Source: an uncultured Planctomycetales bacterium (GTDB taxonomy: Bacteria; Omnitrophota; Gorgyraeia; Zapsychrales; JANLHA01). Taken from it: DNA of 64,000 nt. Position 1 is the stretch's first letter, and every line of letters starts with the position of its first letter. The notes under the pieces were generated by a model that searched no databases, was not told the DNA's origin, and worked only from the letters and a program-made list of their open reading frames with translations. The position numbers and the translations under genes are program-made. The stretch covers positions 655 to 64,654 of the forward strand of contig CAZQQI010000006.1 of the NCBI GenBank assembly GCA_964595465.1, in the 5' to 3' direction. Positions 8,111 through 17,032 of this stretch are shown here, piece by piece.

Positions 8111-9333
8111 AAGCTTCTTATCGCCTCAATGGGTTTCAGACGGGAGGCCAGCCAGGCCGGATAAATCGATACGCAGATGCTGGTAATCAGCACCAGGGCC
8201 GTGGAGACGGTTGTGTACATGGTGTTCAGACGGGGATAAATGACAGGGTCCATATAAAATGATGACAGCGCGCTGGTAAAAATTCCTAGATCAATGCCCT
8301 GGACATGAAACAGGGCAGTCAGGGAAATGCCCAGAATGGCGCCCATTAGACTGCCGATGCATCCCAGAAAGACGGATTCCCAGGCCACCATGGTCACGAT
8401 CTGCCCCCGCTTGGTACCCAGGGCCAGCAGAATGCCGAATTCGCGTGTGCGTTCTAGAACGCCCATGAGAACGGTGTTGAGGATGCCGATCGCCACGACG
8501 ATCATGACGATAAAGACAATGACCCAGATAAAGGTATTATCAAAATCGATCCATTGTTTCATGATTGGGGATACGGTCTGCCAGGGCAATATTTCCAGAG
8601 TATCAGTGTCCAGACGGGACCGGATCAGGTCTGCCATCTCTTGTGCCCGGTCGCCGCGTTGCAGTTTCAGCGCGATTTCCGATGTTTTATCCTGCATGAC
8701 AAAAAGGTTTTCCGCGGCCCGGTGGGTGATCAGGACCAGTCCGCGGTCGATCTCTTCGACTCCGCTGTCGATCAATCCGGAAATATAATAAGCGCTCGCG
8801 GCAATGCTGCCGTCCAGGGCCTGGGACATGATTACGATCTTGTCGTCAAGGCTGACCTTCAGGCCAGCGGCCAGATCTTTGCCGATCACGATGGTGTCGT
8901 TTTCTTCCGCAGAAAGAAAATTCCCCTCGCCCAGGCTTTTGTGCAGGCTGCTGATCCGGGTTTCTTTGTCCGGGTCCACCCCCAGGATCAGGGCACCGGA
9001 AGAAGATTCTGAAGAACTGATCAGGCCCTGAGCCCGGATACGCGGAGCGGAATAGCGGACACCCTCGATCGCGCGGATCCTTTCGAGCAGAGGGGCGGGG
9101 TCCTCAATATAGGTCTCAAGTTTTTGATGTTCGTGGAATCCCCGGGCATGGATCTGAATGTGTCCGATGGACAGGGACGTGTAATTATCGATCATCTGGA
9201 AGTGGGCGCCTTCGACGAAAGACCAGATAAAGATCAGTGCGCCGAGGCCGAAACCCACCGCGGATATGGTAATGAGCGAGCGCTTGCGGTTGCGGGTGAT
9301 GTTTCGCCAAGCTATCTTAAGGAAAGTGCGCAT
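8107..9333 (-). CDS. ABC transporter permease, FtsX/LolC/LolE family
   Basis: It has an N-terminal transmembrane helix, a large periplasmic domain and three C-terminal transmembrane helices (FtsX topology). Its 4-bp overlaps with both neighbours are typical of the MacB/LolCDE type II ABC exporters. Confidence 0.8.
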   Translation of the reverse strand: MRTFLKIAWRNITRNRKRSLITISAVGFGLGALIFIWSFVEGAHFQMIDNYTSLSIGHIQIHARGFHEHQKLETYIEDPAPLLERIRAIEGVRYSAPRIRAQGLISSSESSSGALILGVDPDKETRISSLHKSLGEGNFLSAEENDTIVIGKDLAAGLKVSLDDKIVIMSQALDGSIAASAYYISGLIDSGVEEIDRGLVLITHRAAENLFVMQDKTSEIALKLQRGDRAQEMADLIRSRLDTDTLEILPWQTVSPIMKQWIDFDNTFIWVIVFIVMIVVAIGILNTVLMGVLERTREFGILLALGTKRGQIVTMVAWESVFLGCIGSLMGAILGISLTALFHVQGIDLGIFTSALSSFYMDPVIYPRLNTMYTTVSTALVLITSICVSIYPAWLASRLKPIEAIRSL

Positions 9334-9335
9334 AC

Positions 9336-10091
9336 TTAAGGAGTTCGTTTGAGATACGTCCGTGTAAAAATATTCGGTTCGATCGGGGTGTTGTATTCGA
9401 CTTGCTCGACAACGATAACGGTCTGGTGCCCCTTTTTGATCTGCGAGGTCATGGTCCAGGTCCGGGGGATCTCTCGGTCGTTGACCGGCCCGATATCGCT
9501 GTAGGTCAGGACTTTCACCAGCCGTCCCCGTTCATCATAATATTCTTCTTTGAGAGGGACCGCGTCGGACTGGCGGACCCAGAGCAGGATCTTTCCCCAT
9601 ATGACCGGGGCGTCGGGTTTGGGGTCCAGGCGGATCTTATAGGCCTCGTTTCCGCTGATGGTTTCTTGGCCGACGATCGTATGGGTGTAATCATGCACGA
9701 TACTGCTTTGTTTGACCAGGTCATCGTTAGTGAAATCGCTGCCCATCCAGGGCTGAAGCATCATAGACGGAGGGATCTTGATGATCTTCTCGACGCTGGG
9801 GAGGTAGTTCCACATTTCATTACCGATGCGCAGAGACCCGATGCCGGCTTCTTTGGCCGGGGAGAGAATGCGGATGAAGGTTTTTTCTTTATCCTGGCTC
9901 CAAACATTCAGCGTGAGCTGGCGTTCCCAGCGGGGCGTGGTAACTGTCATGCGGTAAGTTCCGGCATTGCTCTGGCCCTGCATAATATTATCAGACCGGC
10001 GGACCAGTTCTGTAGCATCCGGCGCCTGCGCGATAGCGGTTCCCGCCGTGAAAAGTATCATTAGAAAGGGAATTAATCGTTTGCCGTTCAT
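9336..10091 (-). CDS. Outer membrane lipoprotein-sorting protein, LolA-like fold (periplasmic)
   Basis: It has a signal peptide (…TAIAQA). Its size and motifs are consistent with the LolA/RseB-like 'outer membrane lipoprotein-sorting protein' family (…EMWNYLPS…QPWMGSDFTNDDL…). It is the first gene of an operon with the FtsX permease, the ABC ATPase and the outer-membrane protein. Confidence 0.55.
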   Translation of the reverse strand: MNGKRLIPFLMILFTAGTAIAQAPDATELVRRSDNIMQGQSNAGTYRMTVTTPRWERQLTLNVWSQDKEKTFIRILSPAKEAGIGSLRIGNEMWNYLPSVEKIIKIPPSMMLQPWMGSDFTNDDLVKQSSIVHDYTHTIVGQETISGNEAYKIRLDPKPDAPVIWGKILLWVRQSDAVPLKEEYYDERGRLVKVLTYSDIGPVNDREIPRTWTMTSQIKKGHQTVIVVEQVEYNTPIEPNIFTRTYLKRTP

Positions 10092-10097
10092 GGTTTG

Positions 10098-10109
10098 TAT
10101 GATATCATA
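10098..10109. promoter_or_regulatory. Perfect 12-bp palindrome TATGATATCATA in a 75-bp divergent intergenic region
   Basis: It sits between the divergent starts at 10091 (-) and 10167 (+). A -10-like TATAAT lies at 10134-10139. Confidence 0.3.
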
Positions 10110-10166
10110 AAATCAAAGCTGAGCGAACCTTTTTATAATAAAATCAATGACTTAGAGCAGTCTATC

Positions 10167-10883
10167 ATGGGTGAACAATTTTCTTTTTTGTGTGTCGATC
10201 CATCGGATCAATCCATGATGGAGCAGATCTACCGCCTCCGTTTGAGGGTGTACGGGGAAGAGTGCGGATTTATCGATCCTAAGGATTATCCCGAAGGCAT
10301 GGAACGGGATGGCTATGATGATCAGGCAGCGCATTTTGTGGCTCTGGGAGAGCCCGGAGATGTGATCGGATATTTGCGTATGATCCTTCCGGGGAAATTA
10401 CAGCTTCCTTTTGAAGAGCATTTTCCTGAGCTGCAGATCGATCCGGATATCCGTACGGCCGGCGCCTACAGCGAGATTTCCCGGCTGGTGATCAGCAAAC
10501 GCCTGCGCCGTCGTCGTCATGATGGAATATATTATGAGCCGGAATTTCAGGACCGTGTGGTCAAGGCTGAAGACGGGCAGGAATTTATGCGCCGCGCTAA
10601 ACCCATGGCATTCGGTCTGTACCGGGAGATGTATCAGGAAAGCAAGCGCCGCGGGTTGAAAGAATGGTATTCGATTATGGAAAAGACGCTTTGGATCCTG
10701 CTTAAAGTCCATGGCTTTAATTTTAAATGTGTCGGAGAAGAGGTTGATATTTTCGGCCCAGTCCGTCCGTACCGGGGAAATATTGCCGGGATTGAAGAAG
10801 AGATTCGGACTAAGCATCCGGATTTTTGGGCTTATTTTACTGGAGATTCCTCCTGGGGTGTGCAGACGTCCCGGGTTTTTTAA
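10167..10883 (+). CDS. N-acyl amino acid synthase, PEP-CTERM/exosortase-system-associated type (LuxI/GNAT-like fold)
   Basis: The first ATG is at 10167 (MGEQFSFLCV…). The upstream TTG at 10095 would leave only 3 nt to the divergent gene. The family-typical N-terminus (…EQIYRLRLRVYGEECGFID…HFVALGEPGDVIGYLRMI) matches the exosortase-associated N-acyl amino acid synthase family. Confidence 0.6.
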   Translation: MGEQFSFLCVDPSDQSMMEQIYRLRLRVYGEECGFIDPKDYPEGMERDGYDDQAAHFVALGEPGDVIGYLRMILPGKLQLPFEEHFPELQIDPDIRTAGAYSEISRLVISKRLRRRRHDGIYYEPEFQDRVVKAEDGQEFMRRAKPMAFGLYREMYQESKRRGLKEWYSIMEKTLWILLKVHGFNFKCVGEEVDIFGPVRPYRGNIAGIEEEIRTKHPDFWAYFTGDSSWGVQTSRVF

Positions 10884-10898
10884 TCTGCGGTTTTTATT

Positions 10899-13850
10899 AT
10901 GACCTTATCCTCGCGTCATATCTATCAGGCGTTTCTGGATTCCGCGGAAGCTCACCGGGAAAAAGATGCCGTCCTTTATCAGCACGGCAAAAATTTCATT
11001 TCACAGAATTATGCGTGGCTGGAACGCCGTTCCCGCATCATGGCCCGGCAATTATGCCGAAAGCATCATATTCGACCAGGCGATCGGGTGGCACTGCTTT
11101 TGGAAAATCATCCGGAATTTGCCTGGTCTTTCCTGGGGGTTCTGGCGGCGGGAGGCGTTGTTGTTCCGCTTGATGTCCAGTATTCACCAGGTCAGATCCT
11201 GCGCATCTGTGAGCATGCCGGAGCGAAAATCGTGATCTCCCAGACGTCCCTGGATTATTCTCAATCCACCAAAGGTTCACTGCAATGGATTTTCGTGAAC
11301 GATCTGTCCGGCGATGAAAATGTTCCGTCCCAGCCATTATCAGACATAGAGGTGCCGGGAGGAGACGATCTCGCGGCCCTGTTCTATACTTCCGGGACGA
11401 CCGGAGAGCCGAAGGGGGTGATGCTGACTCACAATAATCTTCTGGCCAATGTTGACGCGATCCGGAAGATTAAGGTTGCGGTTGCTGATGATGTGGTCCT
11501 TTCCATGCTGCCTCTGCATCATACCTATGCGTTTACCACGACATTACTGACGCCGCTGTTGATCGGGGCCACGATCGCGTATCCCAAAAGCATTGCTTCA
11601 TCTGATCTGATGTACTGCATTAAGCAGGCCTGTGTGACGTTAATGGTCAGTGTCCCTGAAGTCTTCAAACTTCTACACCAGGCAGTTAAAAGGCAGATGG
11701 GTTCTCTGCCGCTCATGAAGCGCGCAGTTGCCCACTATGGCGGACAGCTGGCGTTGCCTCTGCGTAAACATATGCGCGTAAACGCCGGTAAAATGATTTT
11801 TCGGGATGTGCACCGCATCTTCGGCCCCTGTCTGAGGATGATGATCTCCGGCGGGGCTAAGCTGGATGCAGAGGTCGTCCGGGATTTTTACCGCTGGGGG
11901 TTTGCCCTGATCGAAGGATATGGCCTGACCGAGACATCTCCGGTCGTGGCGTTTTCTCTGCCGGACGATGCGCGCTTTGGTTCCGTCGGGAGGCCCTTGC
12001 CGGGAGTTGAAGCCGCCCTTTACGGGACGGATGAGAAAGGGGAGGGGGAAATCATTGTCCGCGGGCCGAATGTCATGCAGGGATATTACCGCAGTCCGGA
12101 AGAAACCCGCAAGGTCTTGCGTGACGGGTGGCTGTTTACCGGAGATTTGGGATCCATCGAGGCTGACGGATCGCTGACCATTAACGGACGGAAAAATGAT
12201 ATGATCGTGCTGAGCAGCGGGGAGAATATCTATCCGGCTGAGTTGGAAGAGATCTATGCCCGGACCCCGATGATCAAAGAGATCGGTGTGTTTGCCCGCG
12301 ATCCCGTTCATGAGGGCAGAGCTCAGCAGCTGGCAGCGGTTATTGTTCCGGATATCGGATATTTTCAGGAGATAGGCGAAGTCGATATCCGCGGAAAGCT
12401 CAAATGGGAATTAGAAAATATTTTTTCTTCTCTGCCCTCATATAAGCGGCTGGCCGGTTTTGTCATTTTCCGTCAGGATCTTCCCCGCACCCGGTTGGGC
12501 AAGCTCAAACGTTTTGAACTGCCGCATATTTATACTACAATCCAATCCTCCGGGAAGCTCGAACCATCCCGGGAGGAGGCATCCGTGGATAAACAGCCGG
12601 AACTTTTAACCCACGGGCCTCAGCTGGCGCTCACGTATTTGCAGAAACGTCTGGACCGCGAGGTTTCCATGTCGGATCATATTGAATTGGACCTGGGTCT
12701 GGATTCGCTGGAGCGCATTGAGGTCTTGCTGGAGATGCAGGAGAGCCTAGGGCTGGAAGTGCCGGAAGAAGATCTGATGGCGTTTTTTTCCTGCCAGACG
12801 GTGGGCGAGCTGTTTGAACGCCTTAAGGAGCTCCTTCGCCATCAGGCCGGCGCCGGGGATAAAGACGAAGATATGACCCTGCTGACCCAAAGCGCGCTTG
12901 CCTATATCAATAAACAGCTTAATGTTTCGGCTCAGCCGCAAGATCATCTTGAGCTCGATCTGGGTTTAGATTCTCTGGGCAGGATCGAATTGCTTATGGG
13001 CCTGCAGGAGCATCTTGGTCTTGAACTGAGTGAAGACGAGGCGATGTCGTTTTTTCAGTGCCAGACCATCAGCGAACTGATGTCCCGTCTGCAGGTGGTG
13101 ATCGGAAAAGAAACCATTCATGGTCACTGGGGTGAAGTCTCCTGGGAAGATATTATGAGGCAGGACCCTTCGGAACAGAGGAAGGAATCGCTGAGGCTGA
13201 ACGGGACAGGAATTGGGGGGAAGGCACTGAATTTTTTTCTGGCGATGCTACTTAAGATGCTTTTTAAGGTATTCTTTTTATTACGTATCGAAGGGAGGGA
13301 GCGTTTGCCTGATAAGGGGCCCTATGTGATCTGCCCCAATCATACTACGTATTTGGATGCTTTGTTCGTTATGGCCGCTCTGCCGTTCCCGGTTCTTCTG
13401 CAGACCTTTTTTCTCGGCGACGATCGTTTTTTGTCTCGAGGTCCGTTGAGATACTGTCACCACGTTTTGAGGCTGATCCCGATTAAATTCACCTTTGATA
13501 TGGTCGACGCGCTGCGTACCTGTGCGTATGTTCTCAAGCATAATCGGATCGTGTGCTATTTTCCGGAAGGACAGCGCACCGTCGGTCATGAGATCGGAAA
13601 GTTTAAGAAGGGCATTGGGATTCTGCTGAAAGAGGCCGCAGTCCCGGCCGTACCGGTTTACCTTAAGGGGGGAGAGAAGGTCTGGCCTCGAGGACGCAAA
13701 TGGCCCCGGCCCGGGAGGATCCGTGTGGTGGTCGGCGAGCCGGTTTATCCTGAAACGCTGCATTTTGAATTGACCGCTCAGGAAGACCCCTATATGCGTA
13801 TCGCTGAAAAGCTGAAAGAAAAGATGAGAAACCTTAAAGATACTTATTAA
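10899..13850 (+). CDS. Four-domain fusion: acyl-AMP/CoA ligase (AMP-binding), ACP, ACP, then 1-acyl-sn-glycerol-3-phosphate acyltransferase-like (PlsC/LPLAT) domain
   Basis: The AMP-binding core motif is YTSGTTGEPKGVMLTHNN. Two phosphopantetheine attachment sites are LDLGLDSLERIE (Ser codon at 12705-12707) and LDLGLDSLGRIE (Ser codon at 12974-12976). The C-terminal acyltransferase carries the HX4D motif (CPNHTTYLDA) and FPEGQRT. Confidence 0.8.
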   Translation: MTLSSRHIYQAFLDSAEAHREKDAVLYQHGKNFISQNYAWLERRSRIMARQLCRKHHIRPGDRVALLLENHPEFAWSFLGVLAAGGVVVPLDVQYSPGQILRICEHAGAKIVISQTSLDYSQSTKGSLQWIFVNDLSGDENVPSQPLSDIEVPGGDDLAALFYTSGTTGEPKGVMLTHNNLLANVDAIRKIKVAVADDVVLSMLPLHHTYAFTTTLLTPLLIGATIAYPKSIASSDLMYCIKQACVTLMVSVPEVFKLLHQAVKRQMGSLPLMKRAVAHYGGQLALPLRKHMRVNAGKMIFRDVHRIFGPCLRMMISGGAKLDAEVVRDFYRWGFALIEGYGLTETSPVVAFSLPDDARFGSVGRPLPGVEAALYGTDEKGEGEIIVRGPNVMQGYYRSPEETRKVLRDGWLFTGDLGSIEADGSLTINGRKNDMIVLSSGENIYPAELEEIYARTPMIKEIGVFARDPVHEGRAQQLAAVIVPDIGYFQEIGEVDIRGKLKWELENIFSSLPSYKRLAGFVIFRQDLPRTRLGKLKRFELPHIYTTIQSSGKLEPSREEASVDKQPELLTHGPQLALTYLQKRLDREVSMSDHIELDLGLDSLERIEVLLEMQESLGLEVPEEDLMAFFSCQTVGELFERLKELLRHQAGAGDKDEDMTLLTQSALAYINKQLNVSAQPQDHLELDLGLDSLGRIELLMGLQEHLGLELSEDEAMSFFQCQTISELMSRLQVVIGKETIHGHWGEVSWEDIMRQDPSEQRKESLRLNGTGIGGKALNFFLAMLLKMLFKVFFLLRIEGRERLPDKGPYVICPNHTTYLDALFVMAALPFPVLLQTFFLGDDRFLSRGPLRYCHHVLRLIPIKFTFDMVDALRTCAYVLKHNRIVCYFPEGQRTVGHEIGKFKKGIGILLKEAAVPAVPVYLKGGEKVWPRGRKWPRPGRIRVVVGEPVYPETLHFELTAQEDPYMRIAEKLKEKMRNLKDTY

Positions 13851-13917
13851 TAATAATACTAATATTGAATTATAGTAAGATATGTGATATTATTAAAAAC
13901 AAAATCCTAAACAGGCG

Positions 13918-14796
13918 GTGATCATGACGACAAAATTCTCACCCGGACAGTTCTTTTCTTTGCTCCGTTCCGCAGTTCAGACCATCATTCACCATCCTCT
14001 TATCCTTTATCCTTTCACAATTTTATTTATGCTTCAGCTCTTCATTATGGAGATCCTGTTTTTTGCTCCACGCTATCCGTTATCGCAATTCTTTTCCCCG
14101 GTTATAAGCAGGCTTGCCGGAGAGCAGTTTCTGCATTATCCCTTAAATTTCATGCTTCTTAACCGCTGGTTTCAGAGTATTCAAATCCCCTTTTATCTGT
14201 TTGTGTCCTCGTTTTTTATCGGCGCTGCGGTTTACGCGATTTATTTGATCAATCGGGATGAAAACTTGAATTGGGGGAAGGTTTTCAAGAGGACGCTTAA
14301 GCAGTATATTCATTTGGTGGTAGCCGCGGCGATTTCGGTTGGTTTTGTGTATATCCTCAGCTGGCTTTATAGCCTGCTGGTGCAGCGCGCCTTGCAGATA
14401 CGCTCAACCGCGGGGATCTATTTTATGATCAAGAAGGCCGTGATCCTGGGCGCGCCCTATGCCAATTTATTATTTTCTACGTTGATCATTACTATGTTTG
14501 CGTTCGTTATTCCTATTATCATGATCGAGGGGAAAAAGGTTTTTTCAGCCTTTGCTCAAAATTTTAAGGTGCTTGGCGGGGTTTTCTGGATGTTATTCCT
14601 GGCGATGCTGGCATCCGGTTTGTTTTACCTCCCTGTCCTTTTATTGCGTTCCAACGCGGAGTGGGGCAGGAGCGTTTTTAGTCCGGAGATGTGGCAGATC
14701 CTCATGATCGCGGGTGTGGCCTTAATGCTCGTGATCGATGCCGTGCAGTATACCGCTATAACTATGACGTACTTGCTAAAAAAGGATGCGGAATGA
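13918..14796 (+). CDS. Polytopic membrane protein, function unknown
   Basis: It has about 7 predicted transmembrane helices and no recognisable catalytic motif. It overlaps the next gene by ATGA. Confidence 0.5.
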   Translation: MIMTTKFSPGQFFSLLRSAVQTIIHHPLILYPFTILFMLQLFIMEILFFAPRYPLSQFFSPVISRLAGEQFLHYPLNFMLLNRWFQSIQIPFYLFVSSFFIGAAVYAIYLINRDENLNWGKVFKRTLKQYIHLVVAAAISVGFVYILSWLYSLLVQRALQIRSTAGIYFMIKKAVILGAPYANLLFSTLIITMFAFVIPIIMIEGKKVFSAFAQNFKVLGGVFWMLFLAMLASGLFYLPVLLLRSNAEWGRSVFSPEMWQILMIAGVALMLVIDAVQYTAITMTYLLKKDAE

Positions 14797-15692
14797 AAAA
14801 GACACTTATCATCGGTTTGACGGTGCTGCTTGGATTGTTTGTGGTATTCACCGTTATGGATAAAAGCGATTATGCCCTTGAAAAAAGATTGTGGCGTGTG
14901 CAGAAGGATTTTACCGAGCTGTCGCAAGACCCTCAGTCAGCGCCGGCTGAGCAGTACGCGTCTCTTGCGCGGCGTTATCGCCGTCTGATCGAGAAATATC
15001 CGGATTCCCGTCTGGTCCCCATGATCTATCTGCAGATCAGCCGGCTTTACTTTATGCAGGAGGCCTATGACCGGGCGCGTGATATTCTGCAGGAATTGAA
15101 AGACCGATATCCTGACCGGAATGAACTCCAGGCCGAGGCTCTGCTTTATATCGGTAATGCCTATGAATCGGAAGGGGATTTTTCACAGGCAGTCAAGACC
15201 TATCAAAAGATACAGCAGCGCTATCCGCATACCGAATGGGGGATCGGCATGCCGCTGTATTTGGCTGATGTTTACTTGCGTGCCGGGAAGCTAGACGAGC
15301 ATCGGCAGGCGTTGGAAAACGCGGCCGCCTATTATCGCGGGATTGTCGCCGACGAAGGGGCGGATCTTGGGCATCAGCTTAGGGCCTACCGTTCGCTGGT
15401 GGCGGCTTACCTGGCTCAGGAAAAGTGGAATGACGCTGTTTCGGTTTTGAAAAATGCACTTTTCCGCTACGCAAAATCCGAATACCTGACGCCCCGGAGT
15501 GCGGGTGTTCTGATCCGCTCGATCGCTCAGATCAGTGTGACCCGGCTAGAGAACCCTGACCGCGCGATCGGGATTTATCAGGAGTTCATCCGTGAGCATC
15601 CGGATCACCCCTTGTCGCCTACGTTGAAGAAGCTGATCGCTGCTATGCAGCAGCAGGGCGTGACCCAAAACGGATTGCCGGAAGGCGAATAA
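14793..15692 (+). CDS. TPR repeat protein with N-terminal membrane anchor/signal
   Basis: The in-frame ATG at 14793 gives MKKTLIIGLTVLLGLFVVF… It contains multiple TPR-like helical repeats (…AEALLYIGNAYESEGDFSQAVKTYQKIQQRYP…). The ORF-track start at 14691 lies inside the previous gene. Confidence 0.6.
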   Translation: MKKTLIIGLTVLLGLFVVFTVMDKSDYALEKRLWRVQKDFTELSQDPQSAPAEQYASLARRYRRLIEKYPDSRLVPMIYLQISRLYFMQEAYDRARDILQELKDRYPDRNELQAEALLYIGNAYESEGDFSQAVKTYQKIQQRYPHTEWGIGMPLYLADVYLRAGKLDEHRQALENAAAYYRGIVADEGADLGHQLRAYRSLVAAYLAQEKWNDAVSVLKNALFRYAKSEYLTPRSAGVLIRSIAQISVTRLENPDRAIGIYQEFIREHPDHPLSPTLKKLIAAMQQQGVTQNGLPEGE

Positions 15693-15696
15693 TATT

Positions 15697-16998
15697 ATGA
15701 GTTCAGATGCCCTGCCGGATTATGTCCGACAACTTACGCAAACAGATCTTTTCAATCAGATCAGCGCGATCTGCGCCGCTGTTAATGAAGAGACGGATTC
15801 TGACGGTCTGTTAGAGGTGTCTCTCCAGCGGCTGCTGCGGCTGTTTGGTGCCCGGCGAGGATCGGTCTATATTTTCGACGAATCCCGAGAGGAATTGGTG
15901 CTGAAATCTGCTATCGGGCTGACGGTTGAAGAAGGCGATTATAAAATTAAGCGCCCGGGGGAGGGAGTGGTCGGAAAAGTTGCCGAACTCAAAAAGCCGA
16001 TCTTTGTTAAAGATATCTCCACTGACGAGCGTTTCGAAAATTATAAAGCGCGTTCAAGTTATGAGACGCCGTCGTTTTTGTGTGTTCCTCTTTTGGTTAA
16101 GGATGAACTGATCGGGGTGATCAACGTCGCGGATAAAGAATCGGGAACGCTGTTCGGCGAGGATGAACTGCAGTTGATGGATTTTCTGGCGGCTCAGATT
16201 GCACTGAATTACCGCAGGATCGCTTTATACCAAAATGTGCAGAACATTGTCGAACGTTCTCGTAAGCTCGAAGATGAACTGGGGCGGACCAGTGAAGAGC
16301 GCTCCCGTCTGAAGCGGCAGGTTGTCGTCCACGAACGTCTGGCTTCTATTGGGAAGCTGGCCGGAGGCATCGCTCATGAATTCAATAATCCGCTGGACGG
16401 AGTTATGCGCTATACACAGCTCTGTCTCCAGCAGGTCGGTGATGATGGGATCCTGCGGGGGTATTTGCTTGAGATTAAGCATGGCTTGAACCGCATGGCT
16501 AACATTGTCCGCAGTCTCCTGGCGTGTTCGCGGGGTGCGGCTCAGGGAGAAGAGAATACAATCCATCCTGAAGCGGCGATAGAGCAGGCCCTGCAGTCAA
16601 TCCAGACCGATGCTGTTCATAAAAATATTGACATAAAAATTAATGTCGACGCGGGATTGCCGGAAATGACCGATATGGGGCTGGAAAGGATTCTGGTCAA
16701 TCTCCTGCGCAACGCCGTTGAGGCTGTCGATAGCGGGGGAGAAGTAGGGGTTTCTGCCGGGTTAGAGGATGGGGGGCAGCTCGCGATCCGTATCTGGGAT
16801 GACGGTCCCGGCATCGCTGTTCCGGACGACCTTGATAAGATCTTTGAGCCGTTTTATACGACAAAGGATATTGAAAAGGGCTGCGGACTCGGGCTGACTA
16901 TTGTCGCTGAGATCGTAAAAATGTATGACGGAAAATTAACAGTCGAAAGCTATCCAGATAAAAAGACCGTATTTACTATCCGATTACCGGTCGCCTAG
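15697..16998 (+). CDS. Sensor histidine kinase, soluble, with GAF domain, HisKA and HATPase_c
   Basis: It has a GAF-like N-terminal half, the H-box HEFNNPLDG, and N/G boxes (LLRNAVEA, DDGPGI, GCGLGL). There are no transmembrane segments. Confidence 0.8.
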   Translation: MSSDALPDYVRQLTQTDLFNQISAICAAVNEETDSDGLLEVSLQRLLRLFGARRGSVYIFDESREELVLKSAIGLTVEEGDYKIKRPGEGVVGKVAELKKPIFVKDISTDERFENYKARSSYETPSFLCVPLLVKDELIGVINVADKESGTLFGEDELQLMDFLAAQIALNYRRIALYQNVQNIVERSRKLEDELGRTSEERSRLKRQVVVHERLASIGKLAGGIAHEFNNPLDGVMRYTQLCLQQVGDDGILRGYLLEIKHGLNRMANIVRSLLACSRGAAQGEENTIHPEAAIEQALQSIQTDAVHKNIDIKINVDAGLPEMTDMGLERILVNLLRNAVEAVDSGGEVGVSAGLEDGGQLAIRIWDDGPGIAVPDDLDKIFEPFYTTKDIEKGCGLGLTIVAEIVKMYDGKLTVESYPDKKTVFTIRLPVA

Positions 16999-17032
16999 TT
17001 GTTCCGGTTAGCTGCAACAGAAAGTGTGTGGT

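Noticed and set aside
8327-9031. Several 75-153-aa plus-strand ORFs
   Set aside because: They lie antisense within the FtsX permease gene. Their Arg/Pro/Ser-rich low-complexity translations are typical of non-coding frames.
10095-10166. TTG start giving a 24-aa N-terminal extension of the N-acyl amino acid synthase
   Set aside because: It would leave only 3 nt between divergent start codons and lacks an RBS. The first ATG at 10167 begins the family-typical N-terminus.
11673-12311. 212-aa minus-strand ORF
   Set aside because: It is antisense inside the ligase domain of the four-domain fusion gene, with no independent support.
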